From NCBI GenBank assembly GCA_017396365.1, contig JAFQMD010000035.1:2417-66416 (forward strand): a stretch of 64,000 bases of DNA, in the 5' to 3' direction. Under the pieces are notes generated by a model. It did not search any database and was not told the origin of the DNA. It was given only the letters and a program-made list of their open reading frames with translations. Position numbers and translations under genes: made by a program. This stretch comes from Clostridia bacterium. Its GTDB lineage: Bacteria > Bacillota > Clostridia > Christensenellales > Borkfalkiaceae. Position 1 is the first letter of the stretch. The number at the start of each line of letters is the position of its first letter. Below are positions 37,527 through 48,683 of this stretch, in pieces.

Positions 37527-38711
37527 GTGAAAGAATTTGCATTAAAATACGGTTGTAACCCAAATCAAAAACCATCGAGAATATATATGGCTGACGGCAC
37601 CGAACTTCCAGTAGAAATTTTGAACGGAAGACCGGGATATATCAATTTCCTTGACGCGTTCAACTCTTGGCAACTCGTCAAAGAACTTAAAGAGGCTACG
37701 GGAATGGTATGCGCAACGAGTTTCAAGCACGTTTCCCCGACGTCTGCGGCAGTAGGTAAAAAACTTTCTGAAAAACTTAAAAAATCGTGCTTTGTTGACG
37801 ATATCGAAGGATTAGACGACTCTCCGCTCGCTTGCGCTTACGCAAGGGCAAGGGGAACTGACAGAATGTCGTCTTTCGGCGACTGGATTGCTTTATCCGA
37901 CGAGTGCGACGTAGTAACTGCTAAAATAATCGCTCGTGAAGTTTCCGACGGCGTAATTGCTCCGTCTTATTCTAAAGAAGCGCTTGAAATTCTTTGCGCT
38001 AAGAGAAAGGGAACTTACAACGTAGTTAAAATCGATCCTAATTTCGTTCCTGCCGAAATCGAAACTAAGCAAGTTTACGGCATTACTTTCGAGCAAGGTA
38101 GAAACAACTTTAAAATTGATAGAGAACTTTTACAAAATATCGTAACTGCAAACAAGAATTTACCCGAAGATAAGGCAATCGACCTTATTATTTCTCTCAT
38201 CACTTTAAAATACACTCAGTCAAATTCAGTATGTTTTGCCACCGACGGACAAGCAATCGGCGTAGGCGCAGGTCAACAGTCGAGAATACATTGTACTCGT
38301 CTTGCAGCGCAAAAGGCTGACCTTTGGCATCTCCGTATGCACGATAAGGTTTTAAATCTTCAATTTGCCGACGGCGTAGGCAGACCTGAAAAGAACAACA
38401 TTATCGACATTTATCTTTCTGACGACTGCGACGAAGTTTTAGCAGAAGGTAAGTGGCAACAATATTTTGCAGTAAAACCAGAAGAATTTACGAGAGAAGA
38501 AAAAGCAGAATACCTTAAAACCATTACTGGAGTTTCCTTAGGTTCTGACGCGTTTTTCCCATTCTCAGACAATATAGAAAGAGCATTCCGTAGCGGAGTA
38601 TCCTACGTAGCCGAACCAGGTGGTTCAGTTCGTGACGATTTAGTTATCAAAGCGGCTGATGATCACGATATGGTAATGGCATTTACTGGGATGCGTTTGT
38701 TCCACCACTAA
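37527..38711 (+). CDS. purH: AICAR formyltransferase (PurH without the MGS-like cyclohydrolase domain)
   Basis: 394 aa. It begins in the AICARFT region (ALKYGCNPNQ) and ends MRLFHH. GTG start. Confidence 0.85.
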   Translation: MKEFALKYGCNPNQKPSRIYMADGTELPVEILNGRPGYINFLDAFNSWQLVKELKEATGMVCATSFKHVSPTSAAVGKKLSEKLKKSCFVDDIEGLDDSPLACAYARARGTDRMSSFGDWIALSDECDVVTAKIIAREVSDGVIAPSYSKEALEILCAKRKGTYNVVKIDPNFVPAEIETKQVYGITFEQGRNNFKIDRELLQNIVTANKNLPEDKAIDLIISLITLKYTQSNSVCFATDGQAIGVGAGQQSRIHCTRLAAQKADLWHLRMHDKVLNLQFADGVGRPEKNNIIDIYLSDDCDEVLAEGKWQQYFAVKPEEFTREEKAEYLKTITGVSLGSDAFFPFSDNIERAFRSGVSYVAEPGGSVRDDLVIKAADDHDMVMAFTGMRLFHH

Positions 38712-38712
38712 T

Positions 38713-38839
38713 TTTAAAGGCTTATATACTTCGCACACCTTCGTTTACTGTTTCGCCCTCAAAATCTTGGTGAACGAAAAGTTCTACCAAGTCTTTTCGG
38801 GCTCACGAGCCTCGGTGTGCTCGCATCTAAACCTTTAAA
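38713..38839 (+). repeat. 127-nt long-hairpin element, copy E1
   Basis: TTTAAAGGCTTA...TAAACCTTTAAA ends. Helices GCACACC/GGTGTGC and CTTGGT-GAACgaaaaGTTC-t-ACCAAG. It starts 2 nt after the purH stop. Confidence 0.9.
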
Positions 38840-38840
38840 C

Positions 38841-38946
38841 ACATAAAACTTTGCAAAAGGGCGTTTCTGCATTGTTTTTCAAACCCCGATGACCTCGTCG
38901 CAAATCGACTTTTTGTCAGCAAGTTTTCTAACTTGCAAGACCTTTC
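38841..38946 (+). repeat. Decayed copy E2 of the hairpin element
   Basis: GCGTTTCTGCATTGTTTTTCAAACCCCGATGACC matches 5'-arm sequences of copies C and D2. The 3' part has diverged. Confidence 0.5.
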
Positions 38947-39089
38947 AGTCGTTTGCTCCTCTTTCCAAAAATTCTTGACTACGCAATTATTTTTGGAATC
39001 ATTTAACGGATGCAACGAAAGTTGCCAAATATAGATAATCAATAAGGGAAAATGATGTTAAAATCTCAAAATTAAACAGGAGAATTAAA

Positions 39090-40328
39090 ATGAACTTTTT
39101 TGAAGAACTTGAATGCTTTGATAAAGAAGTCCACGAAGCCTGCATGGCTGAACTTAAAAGACAACAAGACAACATTGAACTTATAGCGTCTGAAAATATC
39201 GTTTCCAAAGGCGTGCTTTTGGCTGCTGGTACGGTACTTACAAACAAATATGCCGAAGGTTTCCCCGCGCACAGATATTACGGTGGATGTCAATGTGTTG
39301 ACGTCGTTGAAAATATCGCAAGAGAAAGGGCTAAAAAACTCTTTGGCGCGGAACACGCTAACGTTCAACCCCACTCGGGCGCAAGCGCAAACCTTGCCGT
39401 TTGCTTTGCCTTTTTAAACCCAGGCGATACCATTATGGGACTTAGCCTTGCCCACGGCGGACACTTAACACACGGCTCTCCCGTAAATATTTCGGGTAAG
39501 TATTTTAATATCGTTCCTTACGAAGTAAATCCCGAAAGCGAAGTATTAGATTACGAAGAGATGAGAAGAGTGGCAATCGAACATAAACCAAAACTCATTA
39601 TCGCAGGCGCAAGCGCGTATTCAAGGACTATTGACTTTGCAAAAATAAGAGAAATTGCCGACGAAGTTGGCGCTTATTATATGGTTGATATGGCGCACAT
39701 TGCAGGGCTTGTAGCCGCAGGACTTCATCCAAGTCCTATTCCTTACGCAGACGTCGTTACTACTACGACTCACAAGACTTTGCGTGGTCCAAGGGGCGGT
39801 CTTATTCTTTGTAAAGAAAAGTTTGCAAAGCAAATTGATAAAGCAGTTTTCCCAGGAACTCAAGGTGGTCCGCTCATGCATATAATCGCTGCAAAGGCAG
39901 TTGCGTTTGGCGAGGCTCTTACCGAAGAATTTAAAAATTATCAAAGACAAATCGTTAAAAATGCAGAGGCGCTTTGCTCGGCTATGAAAGAAGAAGGATT
40001 TAGAATAGTGTCGGGCGGTACGGACAATCACTTGATGCTAGTCGACCTTCGCAATTTCAATATCACGGGTAAAGATTTTGAAAAACGCCTTGACGAAGTT
40101 CATATCACGGCCAACAAAAACACTATTCCTAACGACCCACAATCTCCGTTTGTAACGAGCGGATTGAGAATAGGTACGCCAGCAATAACTTCAAGGGGCT
40201 TTAAAGAAGAAGAGATGAAACTCATTGCGAAGTGGCTCAAGTTAATTGCTGTTGACTTTGAAGGCAATAAACAGCAAGTTTTAGCCGAAGTTTCCGCGCT
40301 TTGTAAAAAATTCCCCATTTACGCTTAA
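39090..40328 (+). CDS. glyA: Serine hydroxymethyltransferase
   Basis: [10 protein letters not shown] and [14 protein letters not shown] (PLP lysine) motifs. Confidence 0.95.
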   Translation: MNFFEELECFDKEVHEACMAELKRQQDNIELIASENIVSKGVLLAAGTVLTNKYAEGFPAHRYYGGCQCVDVVENIARERAKKLFGAEHANVQPHSGASANLAVCFAFLNPGDTIMGLSLAHGGHLTHGSPVNISGKYFNIVPYEVNPESEVLDYEEMRRVAIEHKPKLIIAGASAYSRTIDFAKIREIADEVGAYYMVDMAHIAGLVAAGLHPSPIPYADVVTTTTHKTLRGPRGGLILCKEKFAKQIDKAVFPGTQGGPLMHIIAAKAVAFGEALTEEFKNYQRQIVKNAEALCSAMKEEGFRIVSGGTDNHLMLVDLRNFNITGKDFEKRLDEVHITANKNTIPNDPQSPFVTSGLRIGTPAITSRGFKEEEMKLIAKWLKLIAVDFEGNKQQVLAEVSALCKKFPIYA

Positions 40329-40340
40329 AGGAGAAAGGTT

Positions 40341-41615
40341 TTGAAAATACTCGTAATAGGTGGTGGCGGTAGAGAACACGCCGTTATAAAAGCCTTAAAA
40401 AACAATAAAACGGTAGAAAAAATTTACGCTCTTCCTGGAAACGGGGGAATTTCTGCCGACGCCGAATGCGTTGCTATCGGCGCGAAAGATATACAAAAAA
40501 TCGTGCAATTTGCAGTTGAAAATAAAATAGATTACGCAGTCGTTACTCCCGACGACCCGTTGGTGCTCGGCGCTGTTGACGCTTTAAACGAAAAGGGCAT
40601 TCCTTGTTTCGGACCAAGCAAATCGGCGGCGATTATCGAGGGTAGTAAGGCTTTTTCAAAAGACCTTATGAAAAAGTACGGCATACCTACTGCGACCTAC
40701 GAAATTTTTAACGACGAGCAAAAGGCTATAGATTATTTAAAAACACAAAAATTTCCTATCGTTATAAAAGCCGACGGTTTAGCGCTCGGAAAAGGCGTTA
40801 TCATTGCCAAAGATTACGACGAAGCGGTTGACGCCGTAAAGTCTATGATGAGCGACAAAGTTTTTGGCGCAAGTGGCGATAACGTTGTTATAGAAGAGTT
40901 TTTAGTCGGTCCTGAAGTCTCAGTTTTGGCGTTTACAGACGGTAAAACTGTCGTACCTATGGTTTCTTCTATGGATCATAAAAGGGCAAAAGATAACGAC
41001 GAGGGCTTAAATACGGGCGGTATGGGTACGGTTGCTCCAAACCCTTATTACACCGAAGATATTGCAAAGGTTTGTATGGAAAAGATTTTCCTTCCAACCG
41101 TAAATGCAATGAATAGTGAAGGAAGAACTTTTAAAGGCTGTCTTTACTTTGGACTTATGATTACTCAAAACGGACCTAAAGTTATAGAGTATAACTGCCG
41201 TTTTGGAGATCCTGAAACGCAAGTAGTTCTTCCGTTACTTGAGAGCGACCTTTTAACCGTAATGCAAGCGGTAACAAACGAAACTCTCTCAGAAGTTGAA
41301 GTAAAATTTAGTCAAAAGAGCGCTTGCTGTGTAATTATGGCGTCCGACGGTTATCCTAAATCGTACGGCAAGGGCTATCAAATAGATATTCCAGAGCATT
41401 TGACAAGTTCAGTATTCGTTGCTGGGGCTACTAAAAAAGACGGAAAACTCTTGACGAGTGGCGGTAGAGTGCTTGGAGTTACTGCTGTTGAAGACGATTT
41501 GCAAACTGCAGTAAAACGCGCGTATGAAAAGGTAGAACAAATTACTTTTGAAAACGCTTATTACCGTAAAGATATCGGACAAAGGGCGCTTAAAGCCTTA
41601 ACGGAGGACAAATAA
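40341..41615 (+). CDS. purD: GAR synthetase
   Basis: KILVIGGGGREHA N-terminus and an ATP-grasp core. TTG start with an AAGGAG RBS. Confidence 0.9.
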   Translation: MKILVIGGGGREHAVIKALKNNKTVEKIYALPGNGGISADAECVAIGAKDIQKIVQFAVENKIDYAVVTPDDPLVLGAVDALNEKGIPCFGPSKSAAIIEGSKAFSKDLMKKYGIPTATYEIFNDEQKAIDYLKTQKFPIVIKADGLALGKGVIIAKDYDEAVDAVKSMMSDKVFGASGDNVVIEEFLVGPEVSVLAFTDGKTVVPMVSSMDHKRAKDNDEGLNTGGMGTVAPNPYYTEDIAKVCMEKIFLPTVNAMNSEGRTFKGCLYFGLMITQNGPKVIEYNCRFGDPETQVVLPLLESDLLTVMQAVTNETLSEVEVKFSQKSACCVIMASDGYPKSYGKGYQIDIPEHLTSSVFVAGATKKDGKLLTSGGRVLGVTAVEDDLQTAVKRAYEKVEQITFENAYYRKDIGQRALKALTEDK

Positions 41616-44600
41616 TGGTATATAGAATTTTCGTTGAAAAGAAAGACGGACTTGCGCACGAAGCGGACTCGCTTTTTAGCGAACTCGTAAACTTAGTTGG
41701 AATAAAAAACCTTGAAAGCGTTAGAATTTTAAACCGTTACGATGCCGAGCGCATTAGTGAAGAACTCTTCAATAAGTCGATTAGCACCGTTTTTTCCGAA
41801 CCTCAATTAGACGTGGCGACTTCTAATCCCGACTATAAAGGTTGCAAGGTTTTTGCAGTCGAATATCTCCCCGGTCAATTTGACCAAAGGGCTGATAGCG
41901 CAGCGCAATGTATTCAAATTGCGTCGCTTGGCGAAAGACCTATTATTCGTTCGGCAAAGGTTTACGTGTTAGGTGGAAAACTTACTGACGAAGACGTCGA
42001 AGCGGTTAAAAAATACGTAATCAATCCCGTTGAAGCAAGGGAAGCGTCTTTGGAAAAACCCGAAACTTTGGTTGCCGTTTACGATATTCCCGAAAGCGTT
42101 GCTACCTTAGACGGATTTATTGATTTAAGCGAAATAGGGCTTGCCGACTTTATTAAAAAGCACGGTCTTGCCATGGATATAGACGACATTAAATTTTGTC
42201 AAAAATACTTTATTTCAGAAAATAGAAACCCGACCATAACCGAAATAAAGATGATAGATACTTACTGGTCGGATCACTGTAGGCACACGACCTTTTTAAC
42301 CACTATTGATAACGTTCGTTTTGAAGACGAACTTTTAGAAAAAACCTATCAAGATTACTTGGCGGTTAGAAAGGAACTTGGAAGAACTAAGCCTATAAAC
42401 CTTATGGACGTTGCTACGTTGGCCGTAAAATATCTTAAAAAGCACGGCAAACTCGACAAACTTGACGAGTCTGAAGAAATCAACGCCTGCACGGTTAAAA
42501 TCGAAGTTGAAGCGGACGGTGTAAAAGAGCCTTGGCTTTTACTTTTCAAAAACGAAACTCACAATCACCCGACTGAAATAGAGCCGTTCGGTGGCGCGGC
42601 TACCTGTATCGGTGGCGCTATAAGAGATCCACTCTCGGGTAGGTCTTACGTTTACGGCGCAATGAGAGTAACGGGCGCGGCAAACCCGTTAAAGCCTATC
42701 GACCAAACGATAAAGGGCAAACTCCCACAGAGAAAAATCGTTCAGACCGCAGCTGCAGGATATTCTTCTTACGGCAACCAAATAGGCTTAGCAACGGGTA
42801 TAGTAAACGAACTCTATCACGACGGTTACGCGGCAAAGCGTATGGAAATCGGCGCGGTAATCGCTGCCGCTCCTGAGAAAAACGTTAGGCGCGAACGCCC
42901 TGAAGACGGCGATATAGTAATTTTATTAGGTGGTAGAACGGGTAGAGACGGTTGCGGTGGAGCAACTGGTTCTTCTAAAAAACACACCGTAGAATCGCTC
43001 GAAACTTGTGGCGCGGAAGTTCAAAAGGGCAACGCTCCTGAAGAGAGAAAACTTCAAAGATTATTTAGAAACGAAGAGGCAAGTAGGCTTATAAAAAGGT
43101 GTAACGACTTCGGCGCAGGCGGTGTGTCGGTTGCAGTTGGAGAACTTGCCGACGGACTTGATATCAATCTCAACGCAGTTCCTAAAAAATACGACGGCTT
43201 AGACGGAACGGAACTTGCAATAAGCGAATCGCAAGAGCGTATGGCTGTTGTCGTTGAAGAAAAAGACGTTGAAAGATTTATGCAACTTGCTCTTTTAGAA
43301 AACTTAGAAGCGACCGTAGTTGCAAAGGTTACTAAAGAGCCAAGACTTAAAATGCGTTGGAACGGCAAGACAATCGTAGATATTTCGAGAGAGTTTTTGA
43401 ATTCCAACGGCGCTGAAAAACACGTGGATATCACGCTTGCAAAACCAGAAGAATATCAAAGACAAATCCCAGAAGATTTCGTGTCGGGATATAAAGCGCT
43501 TTCAAACGACCTTAACGTTTGTTCAACGAGGGGCTTATCAGAAAGATTCGACTCAACCATAGGCGCAGGCACGGTACTTATGCCTTTCGGCGGTAAAAAT
43601 CAACTTACGCCGATTCAAGCAATGGTACATAAAATCTCAATGGAGAAAAAACACACCGACGATTGTTCGTATATGTCTTGGGGTTATAACCCTTATATTG
43701 CAGAAAAGAGCCCTTATCACAGCGCGTATCTTGCAGTTGTCGAATCGGTTGCAAAACTCATAGCGACGGGCGCGGAATTTAAAGACGTTTACCTTACTTT
43801 CCAAGAATATTTTGAAAAACCTAATAAAGACGCAAAGAGATGGGGCAAACCGCTCTCAGCTCTGCTCGGAGCGTTCAAAGCGCAACTTGACTACGGCATA
43901 GGTTCAATCGGTGGAAAGGACTCTATGAGCGGTTCTTTTGAAGATTTAGACGTTCCGCCGACTCTCGTATCGTTCGCAGTTACGACGGGCAAAACCGACG
44001 ACGTAATTTCAAACGATTTTAAAAAGGCGGGAAGTAACGTTTATCTTTTAAAACCTGAAAAGGACGAAAACGGATTGCCGAAAGCCGAGAGCGTTATCGC
44101 TAATTTCCACACTCTTACCAAGTGGATGAGAGAAGGAAAGGTTTTATCTTGTTGGACTCCGACTTACGGTGGCGTTGCTGAAGGCGTACTCAAAATGTGT
44201 ATGGGTAACGGCTTAGGTTTTGCTTTTGACGATAAAGTTTGCAACAAGTGTATTTTCGGTTACAATTACGGAGCGTTTATAATAGAATCTACCGAAGATT
44301 TACAAATTAAGAAAATAGGTAGAGTAACGGACGACGGATATATTTCAAGAAACGGCGAAAGAGTTTCTCTTGCAGAACTTTCTAAAGATTACGAGTCAAA
44401 ACTCGAAAGTGTGTTCCCCGTTAAAGAAAACGGTGGGGGTAAACTCGAAAACTTCTCGTTTAGCGCAACTGAAAGGGTTACGCCTAAAATTGCCGTTGCA
44501 AGACCAAAGGTTTTAATTCCTGTATTCCCCGGCACGAACTGCGAGTTCGATACTGCAAAAGTAATGGAAGACGCAGGCGCAAAGGCCGAGATATTCGTAA

Positions 44601-45298
44601 TAAACAACCTTACTCAAGACGGAATTAAGCGTAGTGTTGAAGAATTTAGCAAAAAACTTGCCGAGTCGCAAATGGTATTCGTTCCGGGCGGTTTCTCAGG
44701 TGGCGACGAACCCGACGGCTCAGGTAAATTTATAATGGCGTTCTTTAGAAACGCGCAAGTTAAGGAAGAAGTTGAAAAATTGCTCGGTCAAAGAGACGGT
44801 CTTATGGCAGGTATTTGCAATGGTTTCCAAGCGCTTGTAAAACTCGGACTCGTTCCGTTTGGTAAAATAGTTGACGCCGACGAAAACAATCCTACGTTAA
44901 CTTACAACACGATAGCCCGTCACCAGTCGAAACTCGTAAGAGTAAGAATTGCGTCTAATAAGTCGCCGTGGCTTTCTCAAACTAACGTAGGCGACGTGTT
45001 CACCGTTCCTATTTCTCACGGCGAAGGAAGATTTTTAGCCGACGAAAAGACGGTTAGACTTCTCGCTGCAAACGGTCAAATTGCTACTCAATACGTAGAT
45101 TTTGACGGCGACGCAACGTCTGACGTTCGCTTTAATCCAAACGATTCAGTATATGCAATCGAAGGTATTACGTCCCCTGACGGCAGAGTGTTCGGTAAGA
45201 TGGGACACAGCGAAAGAATAGGTAGAAACCTTTATAAAAACGTTATCGGCGAGTACGACATGAAGATGTTTGAAAGCGCGGTAAAATACTTTAAGTAG
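41615..45298 (+). CDS. purL: FGAM synthase, single-chain large form with glutaminase domain
   Basis: 1227 aa. Contains HNHPTEIEPFGGAATCIGG and a C-terminal triad GATase (GICNGFQ, HGEGRF, GHSER). Confidence 0.9.
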   Translation: MVYRIFVEKKDGLAHEADSLFSELVNLVGIKNLESVRILNRYDAERISEELFNKSISTVFSEPQLDVATSNPDYKGCKVFAVEYLPGQFDQRADSAAQCIQIASLGERPIIRSAKVYVLGGKLTDEDVEAVKKYVINPVEAREASLEKPETLVAVYDIPESVATLDGFIDLSEIGLADFIKKHGLAMDIDDIKFCQKYFISENRNPTITEIKMIDTYWSDHCRHTTFLTTIDNVRFEDELLEKTYQDYLAVRKELGRTKPINLMDVATLAVKYLKKHGKLDKLDESEEINACTVKIEVEADGVKEPWLLLFKNETHNHPTEIEPFGGAATCIGGAIRDPLSGRSYVYGAMRVTGAANPLKPIDQTIKGKLPQRKIVQTAAAGYSSYGNQIGLATGIVNELYHDGYAAKRMEIGAVIAAAPEKNVRRERPEDGDIVILLGGRTGRDGCGGATGSSKKHTVESLETCGAEVQKGNAPEERKLQRLFRNEEASRLIKRCNDFGAGGVSVAVGELADGLDINLNAVPKKYDGLDGTELAISESQERMAVVVEEKDVERFMQLALLENLEATVVAKVTKEPRLKMRWNGKTIVDISREFLNSNGAEKHVDITLAKPEEYQRQIPEDFVSGYKALSNDLNVCSTRGLSERFDSTIGAGTVLMPFGGKNQLTPIQAMVHKISMEKKHTDDCSYMSWGYNPYIAEKSPYHSAYLAVVESVAKLIATGAEFKDVYLTFQEYFEKPNKDAKRWGKPLSALLGAFKAQLDYGIGSIGGKDSMSGSFEDLDVPPTLVSFAVTTGKTDDVISNDFKKAGSNVYLLKPEKDENGLPKAESVIANFHTLTKWMREGKVLSCWTPTYGGVAEGVLKMCMGNGLGFAFDDKVCNKCIFGYNYGAFIIESTEDLQIKKIGRVTDDGYISRNGERVSLAELSKDYESKLESVFPVKENGGGKLENFSFSATERVTPKIAVARPKVLIPVFPGTNCEFDTAKVMEDAGAKAEIFVINNLTQDGIKRSVEEFSKKLAESQMVFVPGGFSGGDEPDGSGKFIMAFFRNAQVKEEVEKLLGQRDGLMAGICNGFQALVKLGLVPFGKIVDADENNPTLTYNTIARHQSKLVRVRIASNKSPWLSQTNVGDVFTVPISHGEGRFLADEKTVRLLAANGQIATQYVDFDGDATSDVRFNPNDSVYAIEGITSPDGRVFGKMGHSERIGRNLYKNVIGEYDMKMFESAVKYFK

Positions 45299-45360
45299 TC
45301 ACTTAATAAAACTTTTTAACAAACAAAATAAATAATTCTAAGTTTAGGAGAAAATATAAA

Positions 45361-47034
45361 ATGGCATATTTAAGCGATATTGAAATTGCTCAGGCAACCC
45401 CAATGAAACCTATTACCGAGATTGCAAAAGTAGTAGGAATTCACGACGATTACCTTGAACCGTACGGAAAATATAAGGCTAAGATTGATTACAACGTACT
45501 TGGCACTACGGGTAGAAAAAACGGTAAACTCGTTTTAGTAACGGCAATAACCCCAACCCCTGCGGGCGAAGGTAAAACGACCACGACTATCGGTCTTGCA
45601 GACGGTCTTAGAAAAATCGGTAAAAATTCCGTAGTTGCTCTTCGCGAGCCGTCGCTTGGTCCGGTATTCGGCGTTAAAGGTGGCGCTGCGGGCGGTGGAT
45701 ACGCTCAAGTAGTTCCTATGGAAGATATCAACCTTCACTTTACGGGCGACTTCCATGCAATCGGCGCTGCAAACAATCTTCTCGCAGCAATGCTTGACAA
45801 CCATATTTATCAAGGAAACAAATTAAATATTGACCCAAGAAGAATTACTTGGAGAAGATGCGTTGATATGAACGACCGTCAACTTCGTTTCGTTACCGAC
45901 GGTTTAGGCGGTAGAGTAAACGGCGTTCCTCGTGAAGACGGATACGATATCACCGTTGCGTCTGAAATTATGGCGGTATTCTGCTTAGCAAGCGATATCG
46001 ACGACTTAAAGGCAAGGCTTTCGAGAATTGTAGTCGGCTATACTTATGACGAAAAGCCTGTTACTGCAGGACAGCTTAACGCAGTCGGCGCAATGGCTGC
46101 TTTACTTAAAGACGCGTTAAAGCCAAATCTCGTTCAAACGTTAGAGGGAACTCCTGCTTTCGTTCACGGTGGACCTTTCGCAAATATCGCTCACGGCTGT
46201 AACTCTGTAATTGCTACTAAAATGGCAATGGAATTTGGTGATTACGCTATCACCGAAGCAGGTTTCGGCGCAGATCTCGGCGCGGAAAAATTCCTTGATA
46301 TTAAATGTAGATATGCAGGTTTAAATCCAGACGCAGTAGTTATGGTCGCTACCGTAAGAGCATTAAAAATGCACGGTGGAATGCTTAAAACCGAACTCGG
46401 AAACGAAAATCTCGAAGCCCTTGAAAAAGGTATTCCAAACCTTCTTCGTCACGTTTCTAACATTAAAAACGTATATAAACTTCCTTGCGTAGTTGCAGTT
46501 AACAGATTCCCAACCGATACGGATGCGGAAATCAATCTCGTCATTGAAAAATGTAAAACTCTCGGCGTAAACGTAGTTCTTTCTACCGTTTGGGCTGACG
46601 GTGGCGAGGGTGGAAAGGCTATGGCAGAGGCTGTCGTTAAACTTTGCGAAGAGAAAAACGACTTTACTTTCAGTTACGAACTCGACGAAACTATCGAAAA
46701 GAAAATTGAAAACGTAGTAACTAAGGTTTACGGTGGAAGTGGGGTAAACTTTACTCCTGCCGCTAAAAAACAAATTGCTACTTTAAAAGAACTCGGATAC
46801 GATAAAATCCCCGTATGTATGGCTAAAACACAATACAGTTTCTCAGACGACCCGTCAAAACTCGGCGCTCCCGAAGATTTTGTCGTTACGGTTAGAAACG
46901 TAAAAGTTTCCGCAGGCGCAGGATTTATCGTCGTACTCACGGGCGATATAATGACTATGCCGGGACTTCCAAAAGTCCCTGCCGCTGAAAAAATTGACGT
47001 TGATTCAAGCGGTAAGATTTCAGGCTTGTTCTAA
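45361..47034 (+). CDS. fhs: Formate-tetrahydrofolate ligase
   Basis: LSDIEIAQ N-terminus, [17 protein letters not shown]-loop, 557 aa. Confidence 0.95.
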   Translation: MAYLSDIEIAQATPMKPITEIAKVVGIHDDYLEPYGKYKAKIDYNVLGTTGRKNGKLVLVTAITPTPAGEGKTTTTIGLADGLRKIGKNSVVALREPSLGPVFGVKGGAAGGGYAQVVPMEDINLHFTGDFHAIGAANNLLAAMLDNHIYQGNKLNIDPRRITWRRCVDMNDRQLRFVTDGLGGRVNGVPREDGYDITVASEIMAVFCLASDIDDLKARLSRIVVGYTYDEKPVTAGQLNAVGAMAALLKDALKPNLVQTLEGTPAFVHGGPFANIAHGCNSVIATKMAMEFGDYAITEAGFGADLGAEKFLDIKCRYAGLNPDAVVMVATVRALKMHGGMLKTELGNENLEALEKGIPNLLRHVSNIKNVYKLPCVVAVNRFPTDTDAEINLVIEKCKTLGVNVVLSTVWADGGEGGKAMAEAVVKLCEEKNDFTFSYELDETIEKKIENVVTKVYGGSGVNFTPAAKKQIATLKELGYDKIPVCMAKTQYSFSDDPSKLGAPEDFVVTVRNVKVSAGAGFIVVLTGDIMTMPGLPKVPAAEKIDVDSSGKISGLF

Positions 47035-47043
47035 AATAAATAT

Positions 47044-47077
47044 GGACAAGCGCCTCAAAAAAGGTGCTTGTCTATTT
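47044..47077 (+). terminator. Probable terminator after fhs
   Basis: GGACAAGCGCC / GGTGCTTGTCT stem with G-T wobbles. The T-tract is weak. Confidence 0.45.
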
Positions 47078-47117
47078 GCATATTTTGAATTAGACTATAT
47101 AAAGGAGAATAGATAAA

Positions 47118-48623
47118 ATGGCAAAATTTATTAACGAACCATCACATACTTTTAACGAATACTTACTTATCCCTGGTTATTCTTCTGCAGAGTGTATTCC
47201 TGCAAACGTCAGTTTAAAAACTCCGCTCGTAAGATTTAAAAAGGGCGAAAAGCCGTCTATCGAAATGAATATTCCTATGGTTTCTGCTATAATGCAAGCG
47301 GTTTCAGGCGATAGACTTGCCGTTGCTCTTGCAACTGAGGGTGGCGTTTCATTTATCTACGGTTCACAATCAATTGAAGACCAAGCAGCAATGGTTAAGA
47401 GAGCAAAGATGCACAAAGCAGGTTTTGTAAGGAGTGATTCTAACGTATGCCCAGAAACAACTTTGGCTGAAGTTGTAGCGTTAAAAGAAAAGACTGGGCA
47501 CTCTACCATAGCAGTTACAGAAGACGGAACTCCTGAAGGAAAACTCTTAGGTATTGTAACGAGCAGAGATTATAGAGTTTCCAGAATGAGCCCTGAAACT
47601 CTCGTTAAAGATTTTATGACTCCGTTTGAAAAACTCGTTACCGCTCCCGAAGGAACGTCTTTAAAAGAAGCAAACGATATCATTTGGGATCACAAATTAA
47701 ACTCTCTCCCTATCGTTTCTAAAGACCAAAGACTTTGCTATTTCGTATTTAGAAAAGACTATGATACTCATAAGCAAAATCCAAACGAACTCTTAGATTC
47801 TTCTAAGCGTTACGTCGTAGGCGCAGGTATTAACACGAGAGACTATGCAGAGAGAATTCCTGCACTTTTAGAGGCTGGTGTTGACGTTTTGTGTATTGAC
47901 TCTTCAGAAGGTTTTTCAGAGTGGCAAAAGCGCACTATTGCTTGGGTTAGAGAAAAATACGGCAATAGCGTAAAAATCGGTGCAGGTAACGTTGTTGACG
48001 CCGCAGGTTTTAGATTTTTAGCAGAATGTGGCGCGGACTTTATTAAAGTTGGTATCGGTGGCGGTTCTATTTGTATCACTCGTGAAACAAAGGGTATTGG
48101 TCGCGGTCAAGCAACTGCACTTATTGACGTTTGCGCAGAGAGAGATAGATATTTTGAAGAAACTGGAATTTACGTTCCCGTTTGTTCAGACGGCGGTATC
48201 GTTTACGACCACCACATTACTTTATCACTTGCTATGGGTGCAGATTTCGTAATGCTCGGCAGATATTTTGCTCGTTTTGACGAAAGTCCGTCAAATAAAG
48301 TTTCTATTGGCGGAACGTATTATAAAGAATATTGGGGCGAAGGTTCTGCAAGAGCAAGAAACTGGCAAAGATACGACCTTGGCGGAGATAAGAAGCTTTC
48401 TTTTGAAGAAGGGGTTGACTCTTACGTTCCTTATGCCGGCTCGCTTAAAGATAACGTTGCAATGACTCTTGCAAAAGTTCGTTCAACAATGTGTAACTGT
48501 GGAGCGCTTTCAATTCCTGAACTTCAAGAAAAGGCAGTTTTAACTCTTGTTTCGGCAACGAGTATTGTAGAAGGTGGCGCACACGACGTTATTCAAAAAG
48601 ATAAAACTAATACTGTTAAATAA
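47118..48623 (+). CDS. guaB: IMP dehydrogenase
   Basis: [12 protein letters not shown] catalytic loop and an internal CBS pair. 501 aa. Confidence 0.9.
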   Translation: MAKFINEPSHTFNEYLLIPGYSSAECIPANVSLKTPLVRFKKGEKPSIEMNIPMVSAIMQAVSGDRLAVALATEGGVSFIYGSQSIEDQAAMVKRAKMHKAGFVRSDSNVCPETTLAEVVALKEKTGHSTIAVTEDGTPEGKLLGIVTSRDYRVSRMSPETLVKDFMTPFEKLVTAPEGTSLKEANDIIWDHKLNSLPIVSKDQRLCYFVFRKDYDTHKQNPNELLDSSKRYVVGAGINTRDYAERIPALLEAGVDVLCIDSSEGFSEWQKRTIAWVREKYGNSVKIGAGNVVDAAGFRFLAECGADFIKVGIGGGSICITRETKGIGRGQATALIDVCAERDRYFEETGIYVPVCSDGGIVYDHHITLSLAMGADFVMLGRYFARFDESPSNKVSIGGTYYKEYWGEGSARARNWQRYDLGGDKKLSFEEGVDSYVPYAGSLKDNVAMTLAKVRSTMCNCGALSIPELQEKAVLTLVSATSIVEGGAHDVIQKDKTNTVK

Positions 48624-48683
48624 GTAAAATCGCGCTATAAGTCGATTATTGATATAAAATTTTTATTCGGAGGACAATATATT

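Noticed and set aside
38827-39374. Minus-strand ORFs 38827-39042, 38999-39247 and 39072-39374
   Set aside because: They lie antisense to the repeat-filled spacer and to the start of glyA. They have no RBS or motifs.
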